The notes under the pieces: generated by a model
Told to the model about the DNA's origin: nothing
The model's database searches: none
The model's input: only the letters and a program-made list of their open reading frames with translations
Part shown: piece by piece, positions 38,684 to 49,850 of the stretch
How the letters are laid out: each line of letters starts with the position of its first letter
Position numbering within the stretch: position 1 is the stretch's first letter
DNA from: an uncultured delta proteobacterium
Lineage (GTDB): Bacteria > Myxococcota_A > Polyangia > Polyangiales > Polyangiaceae
DNA: 64,000 nucleotides
Direction of reading: 5' to 3'
NCBI GenBank assembly: GCA_963782055.1
Contig: CAWAIF010000003.1
Coordinates: 1,536,001 to 1,600,000, forward strand
Translations under genes and position numbers: made by a program

Positions 38684-41600
38684 ATGCTCGACTCGCTGCT
38701 GCGTTACTCGCTCAAGAACCGCCTCGCGGCGTTCGTCTTCGCGATCACCCTGGCCATCGTCGGGTACTGGTCGTACCGCAACCTCACCGTCGAGGCCTTC
38801 CCCGACCCGACGGATACGCAGGTGCAGGTCATCACCGTCTTCCCCGGCCAGCCGACCGAGGAGGTGGAGCGGCGCGTGTCCATCCCGCTGGAGCGCGCGC
38901 TCAACGGCACGCCGGACCTCTTCCGCCTGCGGAGCGTGTCGCTCTTCGGGCTGTCCTTCGTCACGCTGACGTTCGACGACCAGATCAGCCTGCAGGAGGC
39001 CCGCCAGCTCGTGCTGGAGAGGCTGCGCGACGCCGACCTGCCCGACGGCGTCACCCCGGGGCTCGGGCCCATGGCGACGCCCATCGGCGAGGTCTACCGC
39101 TACAGCCTCGACGGCAAGGGCGCCGACCCGATGACGCTGCGCACCCTGCAGGACTGGGTGGTGCGCCCGCAGTTCCTCCGCGTGCCGGGGGTGGCCGACG
39201 TGGTGTCGTACGGCGGCCTGGTGCGCGAGGTACACGTGGTGCCCGACCCGGCGAAGATGGCGTCGCTCGGCGTGAGCCTGCAGGACGTCTTCGCCGCGCT
39301 GAGCAAGGCGAGCGACAACGCCACGGGCGGCTACGTCGAGCGCGGCTCGGAGATGTTCGTCATTCGCAGCCTGGGCATCTTCAAGACCACCGACGACATC
39401 AAGAAGACGCGCGTGGCGGACCACAACGGCGTGCCGGTGCTCCTGAAGGACGTGGCCGCGGTGGACGACGGCTACCAGCCGCGGCAGGGCATCGTCACGC
39501 GCGACGGCAACCAGGACGCGGTGGAGGGCATCGTCCTGATGCGCCGCGGGCAGAACCCCACGGTCGTGCTGGACGCGCTGCGCGAGCGCATCAAGGAGCT
39601 CAACACGCGCATCCTGCCGCCGGGCGTCAAGGTCGACCCCTTCTACGACCGCACCAACCTGGTCGACAAGACGCTGGACACCGTCTTCCACAACCTGGCG
39701 GAGGGCGCGCTGCTGGTGACGCTCGTCCTCTTCGCCTTCACCCTCTCCATCCGCGCGTCGCTCATCGTGGCGACGGTCATCCCGCTCTCGCTCGCGACGA
39801 GCTTCGCCTACCTCCACGCCCGGGGGATGAGCGCCAACCTGCTCAGCATGGGGGCGATCGACTTCGGCATCATCGTCGACGGCGCGGTCATCCTCGTGGA
39901 GCACCTGTTCCACAAGATCCCGCACTCCGACCCGGACAAGCCCATCGGCGACCGCATCTTCGAGGCGGCCCACGAGGTGGCGCGGCCCACCCTCTTCTCG
40001 CTGCTCATCATCATCGCCGCCTACATCCCCATCTTCAGCATGCAGCGGGTGGAGGGCCGCATCTTCGCCCCCATGGCCAACACCGTGGTGAGCGCCCTCG
40101 TCGGCGCGCTGCTGGTGAGCTTCACCCTGGTGCCGGTGCTCTGCCTCTTCGCCCTGCGCAAGCCGCGGCCGGAGCGCGAGTCGCCGCTCCTGCGCTGGGC
40201 GCGGCAGGCCTACGAGCCCTCGCTGCGCTTCGCCATCGCGCGGCCGGCGCTGGTGCTCATCCTCGCCACGGGCGCGCTGGTCTCCTCCTTCGTCCTCATC
40301 CCCCACCTGGGATCGGAGTTCTTGCCCGAGCTGAACGAGGGCGCGCTGTACGTCACCTTCACCCTGCCGGGGAACATGTCGCTCGCGGAGGGCCGCAAGC
40401 TCACGCCGCAGATCCGCGCGCGGCTGATCCGCACGCCGGAGGTGGACGGCCTGATGAGCCAGCTCGGCCGCCCGGAGGACGGCACCGACCCCACGCTCCC
40501 CAACAACCTGGAGTTCTTCGTCAAGCTCAAGCCCATGGAGGAGTGGCGGAGCGACAAGCACAGCATGGACGATCTGGTCGCCGAGATGACCCACAACCTG
40601 CTGGAGATCCCCGGGCTGGAGTACAACTTCTCGCAGCCCATCCGCGACAACGTCGCCGAGAACATCAGCGGCCAGTTCGGGCAGATCGCGCTCAAGATCT
40701 ACGGCGACGACCTGGACACCCTCCAGCAGGCGGCGGAGACGGCGAAGGACACCATCTCCGGCGTGGCGGGCGTGGCGGACCTGGGCATCGTCAAGAGCGG
40801 CGAGTCGCCGCAGATCGCCGTGAAGCTGGACCGCGACGCCCTCGCGCGCTTCGACCTGGACATGTCCGACGTGCAGGACACCATCGAGACGGCGATGGCG
40901 GGTCACACCGCCAGCCAGCTCTGGGAGGGGGAGAAGCGCTTCGACGTCACCGTGCGCCTGCCGCAGGCGACGCGCGAGGACGTCCAGGCGATCCGCCAGA
41001 TACGCCTTCCGCTCAAGAACGGCACGCTCATCCCGCTCTCCGCCGTCGGTAGGGTGCAGATGGGCCTGGGCCGCGCGGCCATCACCCGCGAGAACGGGCA
41101 CCGGTACGTCGGCGTGCGGATGAACGTCCGCAACCGCGACATGGGGTCGTTCGTGGCCGAGGCGCGGCAGAAGGTGGACGCCGCGCTCCACCTGCCGCCC
41201 GGCTACCAGATCAGCTGGGGTGGCGAGTTCGAGAATCAGCAGCGGGCGATGCAGCGATTGCGGCTCGTCATCCCGCTGGCGCTCGTGATCACCTTTCTGC
41301 TCCTCTTCTCGGCGTTCCAGAGCGTCTGGGACGCCTCCATCATCCTGCTCCACGTGCCCTTCGCCCTCATCGGGGGCGTGCTCGCCCTGGCCGTCGCCGG
41401 GATGACGCTCTCGGTCTCCGCGGCGGTGGGCTTCATCGCACTGCTGGGCCAGGCGGTCCTCAACGGCGTGCTCGTCGTCGCCGCCATACGCGCGCGGCTG
41501 GAGGCCGGGCAGGACTTCTACGAGGCGGTGACCGGAGGCGCCCGGGAGCGCCTGCGCGCCATCCTGATGACCGCCCTGCTCGCCTCCCTGGGTCTGCTCC

Positions 41601-41788
41601 CGGCCGCCATGTCGCACGCCATCGGCAGTGAGACGCAGCGTCCCATCGCGGTCGTGGTGGTGGGGGGGACCATCTCGGCGGCGGCGCTCACCTTGATCGT
41701 CCTGCCGGTGAGCTATTATTGGGCGCTGGTGATCCGTGACGCGCTCAAACGTTACCGTGCGGCGCGCCTCGCCGCGTCGCCGGGGTGA
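38684..41788 (+). CDS. czcA: CzcA/CusA-family heavy-metal RND transporter
   Basis: EAFPD, GAIDFGIIVDGAVILVE, EFLPELNEG and RLRAILMTALLASLG. Confidence 0.93.
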   Translation: MLDSLLRYSLKNRLAAFVFAITLAIVGYWSYRNLTVEAFPDPTDTQVQVITVFPGQPTEEVERRVSIPLERALNGTPDLFRLRSVSLFGLSFVTLTFDDQISLQEARQLVLERLRDADLPDGVTPGLGPMATPIGEVYRYSLDGKGADPMTLRTLQDWVVRPQFLRVPGVADVVSYGGLVREVHVVPDPAKMASLGVSLQDVFAALSKASDNATGGYVERGSEMFVIRSLGIFKTTDDIKKTRVADHNGVPVLLKDVAAVDDGYQPRQGIVTRDGNQDAVEGIVLMRRGQNPTVVLDALRERIKELNTRILPPGVKVDPFYDRTNLVDKTLDTVFHNLAEGALLVTLVLFAFTLSIRASLIVATVIPLSLATSFAYLHARGMSANLLSMGAIDFGIIVDGAVILVEHLFHKIPHSDPDKPIGDRIFEAAHEVARPTLFSLLIIIAAYIPIFSMQRVEGRIFAPMANTVVSALVGALLVSFTLVPVLCLFALRKPRPERESPLLRWARQAYEPSLRFAIARPALVLILATGALVSSFVLIPHLGSEFLPELNEGALYVTFTLPGNMSLAEGRKLTPQIRARLIRTPEVDGLMSQLGRPEDGTDPTLPNNLEFFVKLKPMEEWRSDKHSMDDLVAEMTHNLLEIPGLEYNFSQPIRDNVAENISGQFGQIALKIYGDDLDTLQQAAETAKDTISGVAGVADLGIVKSGESPQIAVKLDRDALARFDLDMSDVQDTIETAMAGHTASQLWEGEKRFDVTVRLPQATREDVQAIRQIRLPLKNGTLIPLSAVGRVQMGLGRAAITRENGHRYVGVRMNVRNRDMGSFVAEARQKVDAALHLPPGYQISWGGEFENQQRAMQRLRLVIPLALVITFLLLFSAFQSVWDASIILLHVPFALIGGVLALAVAGMTLSVSAAVGFIALLGQAVLNGVLVVAAIRARLEAGQDFYEAVTGGARERLRAILMTALLASLGLLPAAMSHAIGSETQRPIAVVVVGGTISAAALTLIVLPVSYYWALVIRDALKRYRAARLAASPG

Positions 41789-41792
41789 TCGC

Positions 41793-43438
41793 GTGGTGGG
41801 GGGAGCGGCCAACAAGGTCGCCGCGGCGCACGCGCGCTTCGCCAAGGCGGCGCTGCTCATCTACCTCGGAGCGGCCGTGGTGGCGGTCGCCCTGCTCGTG
41901 GCCACCCTCGTCACCGACCGCAACTACCAGGACGAGCAGACGCAGATGCGCCTGCAGCTCGAGACGGAGGTGCGCGCCTACTACCTGGAGCAGCACCTCA
42001 CCCTGCTCACCGACGAGCTGAGGCGCCTCGGCCGCCGCTCGGAGGTGGACCTCCTCGACGCCAACATGGCCCCGGAGCGCGGACTGCTCGAGGTCTCCCA
42101 CGCGCAGAGCACCTTCTTCAACCTGGGCGTGGCCATCGTGGACGTGGACGGCAACGTGATGTGGTCGGAGCCGGAGACGTTCCTGCCCACGACGACGTCC
42201 CTCGCCGACACGCCGTGGTTTCTGAAGGCGCGGCAGGACCGCGACGAGGCCATCGTGCCGGTCGACCCCCGGGCGAAGGACGCGGTGCTCTACGTCGTGT
42301 CCCCGGTGGTGCGAGACGAGCAGTTCACCGGGGCGCTGGTGGGGGGCATGGACCTGGCGCGCGGGCGGCCGCTGGACCCGGAGGACGCCAGCACGATGAC
42401 CGTCATCGCGACGGGCCGCGGGCAAGTGGTTTACCCCGCGGTCCCGCCGCGCTTCGCCTTCGGCTCGGAGTGGTCGGACATCTTCAAGCGGCCTTCCGCG
42501 CAGACCTCCACCACGCAGACGCGGCTGGACGACGTGCCGATGGTCGTCGCCGCGGTGCCGCTCACCATGGGCAACCTGGTGGTGCTCTCCGTCGCCCCGC
42601 GCGATCGTCTCTTTCACGCCGCGAGCGTCCACATGCGCACGCGGCTTCTGCTCGGGCTCGCGCTGGCCCTGGCGCCGCTGGTGGCGCTGGTGCTCCTGCT
42701 GCGCCGCTCGCTGCGCGAGCTCCGCCGCTCGGAGGAGCAGGCCATGCGGGAGGAGCGGCTGCAGCGCACCGGGGAGGCGGCCAACCTCATCGCCCACGAG
42801 GTGCGCAACTCCCTCAACGGCCTCAAGATGGGGCTGGACCTGGTGCTGCGCGAGAAGAGCCGCCCCAACGAGCGCGTGGTGCGCGAGCTCCGCGCGGAGA
42901 TCGAGCGTCTCAGCGGCTTCACCCACCAGCTCATGCTCTTCGCCAAGGACCCCACCCCGCATCGCTCCGATGTCGACCTCTCCCGCCTGGTGCCCGACGC
43001 GCTCGGCTTCGCGCGGGACCTGGCCGCGGAGCTGGACGTGGAGCTGTCGGTGACTGGCGTGGACGAGCCGCTGCCCGCGCGGGCCGACCCGGTGCTGGTC
43101 CCCATCGCCGTCTCCAACCTGGTGTCCAACGCCCTGGACGCGGTGAGCGGCGCGACGACGGACGGGCCCGGCCGGGTGGAGGTGGACGTCACCGCCGACG
43201 ACGACCAGGTCGCGGTGCGCGTGAGCGACAACGGGCCGGGCGTCCCGGCGGAGCTGCGCGCCAACCTCTTCGAGCCCTTCGTCACCGGCAAGCCGAGCGG
43301 CGTGGGGATCGGCCTGGCGCTGGCGCGCAAGATCGCCCAGGTCCACGGCGGCGACCTGACGCTCATGCCGAGCGAGCGCGGCGCCGAGTTCCGGCTTACC
43401 CTGCCGCGCGGGGCGAAGAAGGCCGTGGAGGGATCCGC

Positions 43439-43442
<4 letters not shown>
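41793..43442 (+). CDS. Membrane sensor histidine kinase with Cache-like periplasmic domain
   Basis: Two TM segments, AHEVRNSL, NLVSNA, DNGPG and GVGIGL. Start is approximate. Confidence 0.9.
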
Positions 43443-44818
<1,376 letters not shown>

Positions 44819-44866
44819 GCGCGAGAGGCGGTGGCCGAGGCGCGCGGGACGCACTAACGTGAGGGC

Positions 44867-45163
44867 ATGCGAGAAGAGCTCGCGAGGTCTCTCGGTCCGG
44901 TGGAGTTCGCCGACCTGCGCGCGCACCTCGCGCGCGACGCGGTGATCGTGGTGGACGCGTCGCTCGACCTGCTCGACGTGGGCGAGGCGCTCGCGCTGGA
45001 CGACGAGCCTCGCGTGGCGGCGTGGATCGCCGCCGGGCTGATCGGCAAGCCCTCGCTCCAGGCTCTGGAGCGGTGGGCACGGACGGAGGGCCCGGCGTGG
45101 ACCTCACTGGTGGTGCAGCCCTTCGTGCTGGTGCGGGAAGGGGGAGGGAGCGCCTCGTCGTGA
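44867..45163 (+). CDS. DUF2288-family small protein
   Basis: LRAHLARDAVIVVDASLDLLDVG..DD..V..WI..VVQPFVLV. Confidence 0.75.
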   Translation: MREELARSLGPVEFADLRAHLARDAVIVVDASLDLLDVGEALALDDEPRVAAWIAAGLIGKPSLQALERWARTEGPAWTSLVVQPFVLVREGGGSASS

Positions 45164-46047
45164 GCGCGGCAGGGGTGGGTACGGCAGGCGCACTCCTCCG
45201 CCTCGCGCGGCCGAAGGGCAGCGCGGCGCTGCTCGCGGTGGTGCTCCTCGGCTACGGCTTCGCGCACTGGGACGTGGGGCTCCCTCTCACCCGGCCGGGC
45301 GCGCTCGGCGCCGTGCTGGTGGCGTGGCTGCTGCTCGGGTCGGGGACTTTGTGGCTCAACGCGTCGCTGGACGGCGACGAGGGCGGCGCGCTCTTCGCCG
45401 AGCGCGCGACGCGTCCGCTGCACCTGACGGCGTGGGCGTACGCCGCGCTGGTCGTCGCGGTGGCGCTCGCGTCGGTCGCGTCGCGCGGAGCGGGGCTCGC
45501 TTGCACGGCGTGCGCGGCGCTCTCGGTGGCGTACTCGCACCCGCGGACCATGTGGAAGGCCCACCCGGTGCTCGGCCCGGCGGTCAACGGGCTGGGCTAC
45601 GGCCTGCTCAGCGCGCTCGGCGGGTGGGCGGTGCCCGGCGTGGCCATGAGCGTGCGCACGGCGGCCGCCTTCGTCTTGCTCTCCGTGTTCGTCGTGGGGA
45701 TGACCTTCGGCGCGCAGGCCTTCCAGCGCGAGGACGACGCGCGCCGCGGCTACCGCACGCTCGTCGTCACGCACGGCCCGGCGGCGTGCCTGCGCGCGCT
45801 GCGGGTGTGCACCCTCGTCTCGGTGGCGGGGGTGGGGGTGCTCGCGGCGGCGGGCGTCTACCCGCGGCTGTGCTTGCTCGGCCTGCCCGCGTTCTTCTTC
45901 GCCGACCGCTGGATGCGCAGGTGGCAGGCGGCACCCTGCGGCGGTGGACCGGGGTACGCGGCGGGGCTGGTGATCCGGATGCTCGCGGCGTGCGGAGTGC
46001 TGGTGGGCCTGGCGTACGCCGCGACGCTCTTCCAGTCGTCGCCGTAG
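45160..46047 (+). CDS. UbiA-family prenyltransferase-like membrane protein
   Basis: NASLDGD, AYSHPR..WK and QREDDARRGYRT motifs. Multiple TMs. Confidence 0.75.
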   Translation: MSAAGVGTAGALLRLARPKGSAALLAVVLLGYGFAHWDVGLPLTRPGALGAVLVAWLLLGSGTLWLNASLDGDEGGALFAERATRPLHLTAWAYAALVVAVALASVASRGAGLACTACAALSVAYSHPRTMWKAHPVLGPAVNGLGYGLLSALGGWAVPGVAMSVRTAAAFVLLSVFVVGMTFGAQAFQREDDARRGYRTLVVTHGPAACLRALRVCTLVSVAGVGVLAAAGVYPRLCLLGLPAFFFADRWMRRWQAAPCGGGPGYAAGLVIRMLAACGVLVGLAYAATLFQSSP

Positions 46048-46072
46048 CGGACCGCGGCGGCTCCGCCGCGCG

Positions 46073-46729
46073 TCACTCGTACTTGCGCGCGCACGTACCC
46101 GCGTTGCACACGAAGACGAAGGGCGCGCCGCGCGTGGGTCCGACGGTCTCGCGGTCGGCCGCGTCGCAGGACGTGCAGCGCGTGCCGTCGGCGCACGCGC
46201 AGGGCATCTGGCAGCCCTGCACCGGATCGCACACGAGGCCGGGCGCGCAGTCGCTCGTGGTGTTGCACGTCGCCTCCAGGCTGCCCGTGCACCCGCCGGC
46301 TCCGGTGTCGCAGCTCGCGCAGAGGACCTCGGCGATGGCGTAGCCCCCGCGGCAGGTGATGGACGTCGTGCCGTCGCACGCGCTCGCGGCGCCTTCGGTG
46401 CACGAGGGCTCCGGCGTCGGGGAGAGGGTGCAGAACGCGTCCTGCTTCGTCACGCCTCGCGAGTCCTTCACCCGCTCGGTCTGGCAGAGGCCCGCGCCGC
46501 ACGCCGCCGACACTTGCCACGTGTTGGGGCTGCTGTCGTGATGGTGCACGTCGACCGGGTCGACGGAGACGTCGGTCCCGGAGGGGTGCGCCCGGCACTC
46601 CTCGATGGTGCCGTCCTGCGTGCACCGACGCTCCCCCGGGATGCAGTCGGCGCCCATGCTGCACCCGCCGGTGAGCGTCGCGGCGCCAACGAGCGGACAC
46701 ACGAGACCGAGGACGGTCGTCCACGCCAT
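46073..46729 (-). CDS. Cys-rich lipoprotein
   Basis: TGGC lipobox and many Cys. Confidence 0.65.
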   Translation of the reverse strand: MAWTTVLGLVCPLVGAATLTGGCSMGADCIPGERRCTQDGTIEECRAHPSGTDVSVDPVDVHHHDSSPNTWQVSAACGAGLCQTERVKDSRGVTKQDAFCTLSPTPEPSCTEGAASACDGTTSITCRGGYAIAEVLCASCDTGAGGCTGSLEATCNTTSDCAPGLVCDPVQGCQMPCACADGTRCTSCDAADRETVGPTRGAPFVFVCNAGTCARKYE

Positions 46730-46818
46730 GAGCGATCTCCCCGCGATTCCCCGCGCGAGTCGCCTGAAGAGGAGAAGCATGGCCCGGCGCAATGCAAAGC
46801 GTGGGCCACGCCCGCGGG

Positions 46819-47877
46819 CTATCGATCCTGTGCAGTCCGGCGGTGGAGCGGCGCGTGCGCGGCGCCTCCGGAGGCGACGCGCCGATCGCCGAGGTGACCG
46901 GCGACCTGGGTCGCGGTGGTCTTCACGCGCAGCGTGCCGTCGTCGCCGAGCGCCAGGTCGGCGGCGGGCGCGCCCTGGAGGTGTTCGGCGAAGAATGCGA
47001 CGAGGGCGCGACGCGCGAGGGTGCGGACCGTGAAGGAGTCGGCGGTGCCGACGCGGCAGATTCGCTGCCCGGGGAAGTCCGGGTCGTCCATCACCTGGAC
47101 GTGGTCGGCGTTGCGCAGCATGACCTCCACCGTCCCCGCCGGCGCCTGCTCGAAGAAGCGCTCGTAGTTGTGGTCGCGCGGGCAGCAGACGTCCCACCCG
47201 CGCCACGCGACCTGGGCGCCGATGAGCATGAGCGGCGCGTGCAGCGCGCCGAGCGCGACATGGATGACCGAGATCGGTCCCTGATCGTCCGGCTCCAGCG
47301 CCACGACCGCGCGAAACCGGATGTCGACCGCGGCGGCCCACACCGCGTCCTTCGCGCCGCGCGAGTGACCCGCCACACCGAGGCGCGCGGGGTCGACGAG
47401 GCCGGAGGCGACGAGCCAGTCGGCGATGAAGCTCGCGTCGTCCCGGAGCTCCGCGTCGGAGCGGAACGGACCGTACCCTCCCCGCACCGCCACCACGAAG
47501 CCCCGCGACGCGAGGTCGCGCGCGTAGCTCTCGTACTGGAACTCCGGGGCCATCAGCCCGGGCAGGAACACCACCGCGGGGGCAGGGCGCTCCATCCGGG
47601 CCGGGCGGTAGAGCACGATCGCGAACCGACCGATGTCCATCCCGCCGGCGGTGACCATCTCGGGGCCAGGACCGGCCCAGTCGCCACGCCGAAGCTGCCG
47701 CGCGTCCCTCGCAAGCGCTGCGCCCGGCCCCGGGGGGAGCGAGCCCATCCGGACGCAGTCGACGAGCAGGAGCGCCAGCGCCATCGGTACGAAGATGCCG
47801 CCCGCGCGCCTGACGAGGGAGGTCCGGGGCGTGCTCAAGGTGTCCACTCGGCGTAGCAGCCTCGCGCGTTCCGCCAA
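46819..47877 (-). CDS. Alpha/beta hydrolase (chlorophyllase/dienelactone-hydrolase-like)
   Basis: VVFLPG, GHSRG elbow and ADHVQVMD. Start uncertain. Confidence 0.75.
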   Translation of the reverse strand: MAERARLLRRVDTLSTPRTSLVRRAGGIFVPMALALLLVDCVRMGSLPPGPGAALARDARQLRRGDWAGPGPEMVTAGGMDIGRFAIVLYRPARMERPAPAVVFLPGLMAPEFQYESYARDLASRGFVVAVRGGYGPFRSDAELRDDASFIADWLVASGLVDPARLGVAGHSRGAKDAVWAAAVDIRFRAVVALEPDDQGPISVIHVALGALHAPLMLIGAQVAWRGWDVCCPRDHNYERFFEQAPAGTVEVMLRNADHVQVMDDPDFPGQRICRVGTADSFTVRTLARRALVAFFAEHLQGAPAADLALGDDGTLRVKTTATQVAGHLGDRRVASGGAAHAPLHRRTAQDR

Positions 47878-47899
47878 GCTCGGCCATGCGCGTCATGCG

Positions 47900-47915
47900 C
47901 GGCACGAGTCTCGCA
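47900..47915 (+). promoter_or_regulatory. Possible sigma-54 promoter
   Basis: CGGCACGAGTCTCGCA (GG-N10-GC), 12 nt before ATG 47928. Confidence 0.4.
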
Positions 47916-47927
47916 CCATGGCCGGGC

Positions 47928-48938
47928 ATGACGCTCGAGGTGGTCCGCAACGAGGCCCCGGCGCGCGCGCCGCTCATCGCCAATCTCGTCCGCCGGCACG
48001 GCGGTCCCGTCTCGGCGGCGCTCTTCGACGCCGACATCGAGGTGTTTCGCGCCGAAAGCATGGAGGGGGTGATCGCATTCCGCCACGGTTTCGGTTGCGC
48101 CGTCTCCATCGGCGATCCGGTGTGCGCGCGCGACCGCATGCCGGCGCTAGCCGAGGCCTTTCGCTCCCACTGCCGTGCTCGCGGGTGGAGCACGGTGTAC
48201 GCCGTCGCCAGCGAGCCTCTCGCGGCGTGGGCCGCGAATCGCGGGTACGCCGCCATCGAGTTCGCGCGCGAGCTGATCGTCGACCCCCGTCACGACCCGC
48301 TCGCGGGCTCGTCCGCGCAGCGGCTCCGTGGCAAGGTGCACCGCGCCGAGCGGGAGGGCGTGGTCGCCGCGGAGTACGCGCCAGGCGCGGCGCGCGACGA
48401 GGCGCTCGAGAGGGCGCTCACGGCCGCCGCCCGCGCGTGGCTCGAGGCGCGGCATGGCCCGCAGGTCTACCTGACACCCATCGCGCTGTTCGCCGGGCGC
48501 GGATGCAAGCGCTGGTTTTACGCGCGGCGCGGCGAGGCCATCGTCGGCGTGATGCAGCTCGTCCGCATGGACGCGTACGACGGCTACCTCATCAGCCAGC
48601 TCATCGCCACACCCGACGCGCCGCCGGGTACGACCGAGTTGCTCGGCGTCGCGGGGCTTTCGGCGCTCGGCGTGGAGGGGTGCGGCTACGCCACCTGGGG
48701 GCCCGCGCCGCTCGTGGACTTCGGCCACGTCACGGGCCTCGGTTCGCTCTCCGAGCAGATCGGGCGCGCGGTCTATCGCGCCGCCGGACACGCCTTCCAC
48801 CTCGAGGCGCGCAACGACTACCGCCGCAAGTTCCCCATCGCGCGCACCGCGGGCTCCTACCTGCTCTTCGACCCGCCCCGGATCGGCCCGGGTATCGCGC
48901 TCGAGGTGCTGCGCGCCTTCCACGCGTCGGCCCGCTGA
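47928..48938 (+). CDS. Stand-alone DUF2156 (aminoacyl-phosphatidylglycerol synthase catalytic-like) protein
   Basis: IGDPVC, LRGKVHRA, DAPPGTTELL, GPAPL and YRRKF. No membrane flippase domain. Confidence 0.75.
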   Translation: MTLEVVRNEAPARAPLIANLVRRHGGPVSAALFDADIEVFRAESMEGVIAFRHGFGCAVSIGDPVCARDRMPALAEAFRSHCRARGWSTVYAVASEPLAAWAANRGYAAIEFARELIVDPRHDPLAGSSAQRLRGKVHRAEREGVVAAEYAPGAARDEALERALTAAARAWLEARHGPQVYLTPIALFAGRGCKRWFYARRGEAIVGVMQLVRMDAYDGYLISQLIATPDAPPGTTELLGVAGLSALGVEGCGYATWGPAPLVDFGHVTGLGSLSEQIGRAVYRAAGHAFHLEARNDYRRKFPIARTAGSYLLFDPPRIGPGIALEVLRAFHASAR

Positions 48939-48954
48939 GCCATCGTCCGACCCG

Positions 48955-49794
48955 TCAAGCCAGACCGGTCCATTCGCGGCTGCGACGCACCAGCTCGTCC
49001 TGCAGGGCGATGTCGTTGGCGAGCGGGTTGGGCTCCTTGCGCTTGCAGCTGTCGTAGTACAGGCCGGTCTCCTTCGCGAGGGAGGGGTCGGTGGCGCACC
49101 AGGTCTGCGTCCTCGCGCCCCGCTCGTTGGAGATCATGAAGGGCTTGAGCAGCCCGGCGAAGATGCCCAGTCGCCGTGACCAGATGTCGCTCGCCACGGT
49201 GCCGGGGTGGAGCGAGTAGGTCGTCACCGGGGTGTCGGCGAGCCTGCGCGCGAGCTCCTTGGCGTACAGCACGTTGCACAGCTTGCTCACGAAGTACTCG
49301 GGCATCGCGCTGGTGCTCCGCGTGACGCCGCGCACGGCGTCCCAGTCGATCCCCTTCGCGCGGTAATGGCCTTCGCTGGAGACGATGACGACGCGCCCCT
49401 GCGGCGCGCGCCGGACCAGCGGGAGCAGGCGCTCGGTGAGCAGGAAGGGGCCGAGGTGGTTGGTCCCGAAGGTCAGCTCGAAGCCGTCCTTCGTCTCGCC
49501 GCGCACGCCGGCGATCCCCGCGTTGTCGATCAGGGCGTCGATCGTCGGGTCGAGCGCCAGGATCTCGTCGGCCGCCCGGCGGACGGAGGCCAGATCGCCG
49601 AGCTCCAGGGCCACGAAGGACGCCTCCAGCCCGGGGTGGGCGCGGAGCTCGGCGAGGACGGGCTCGGTCTTCTCTCGGCTGCGCGAGGCGATGAGGATGC
49701 GCGAAGCGCCCGCCTCGGCGAGCGCCCGGACGGTGGCCCGCCCGATGCCGGTGTTGGCACCCGTCACGACGTACGTCTTGCCCTTCAGGTTCAT
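48955..49794 (-). CDS. SDR oxidoreductase (retinol-dehydrogenase-like)
   Basis: TGANTGIG, NAG, NHLGPF, YFVSK and LHPG. Confidence 0.9.
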   Translation of the reverse strand: MNLKGKTYVVTGANTGIGRATVRALAEAGASRILIASRSREKTEPVLAELRAHPGLEASFVALELGDLASVRRAADEILALDPTIDALIDNAGIAGVRGETKDGFELTFGTNHLGPFLLTERLLPLVRRAPQGRVVIVSSEGHYRAKGIDWDAVRGVTRSTSAMPEYFVSKLCNVLYAKELARRLADTPVTTYSLHPGTVASDIWSRRLGIFAGLLKPFMISNERGARTQTWCATDPSLAKETGLYYDSCKRKEPNPLANDIALQDELVRRSREWTGLA

Positions 49795-49850
49795 GAGCGC
49801 CTCCGATGCCGCGGCCGCGGCCCCCGTCGCCGGGGACGGTATCACGCCGC

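Noticed and set aside
37322..41860. 1512-aa minus-strand ORF and many other long antisense or alternate-frame ORFs (e.g. 28956-31139, 42614-44926, 52010-54607)
   Set aside because: They are shadows of well-supported genes. Their Arg/Gly/His-rich translations have no motifs, which is expected in high-GC DNA.
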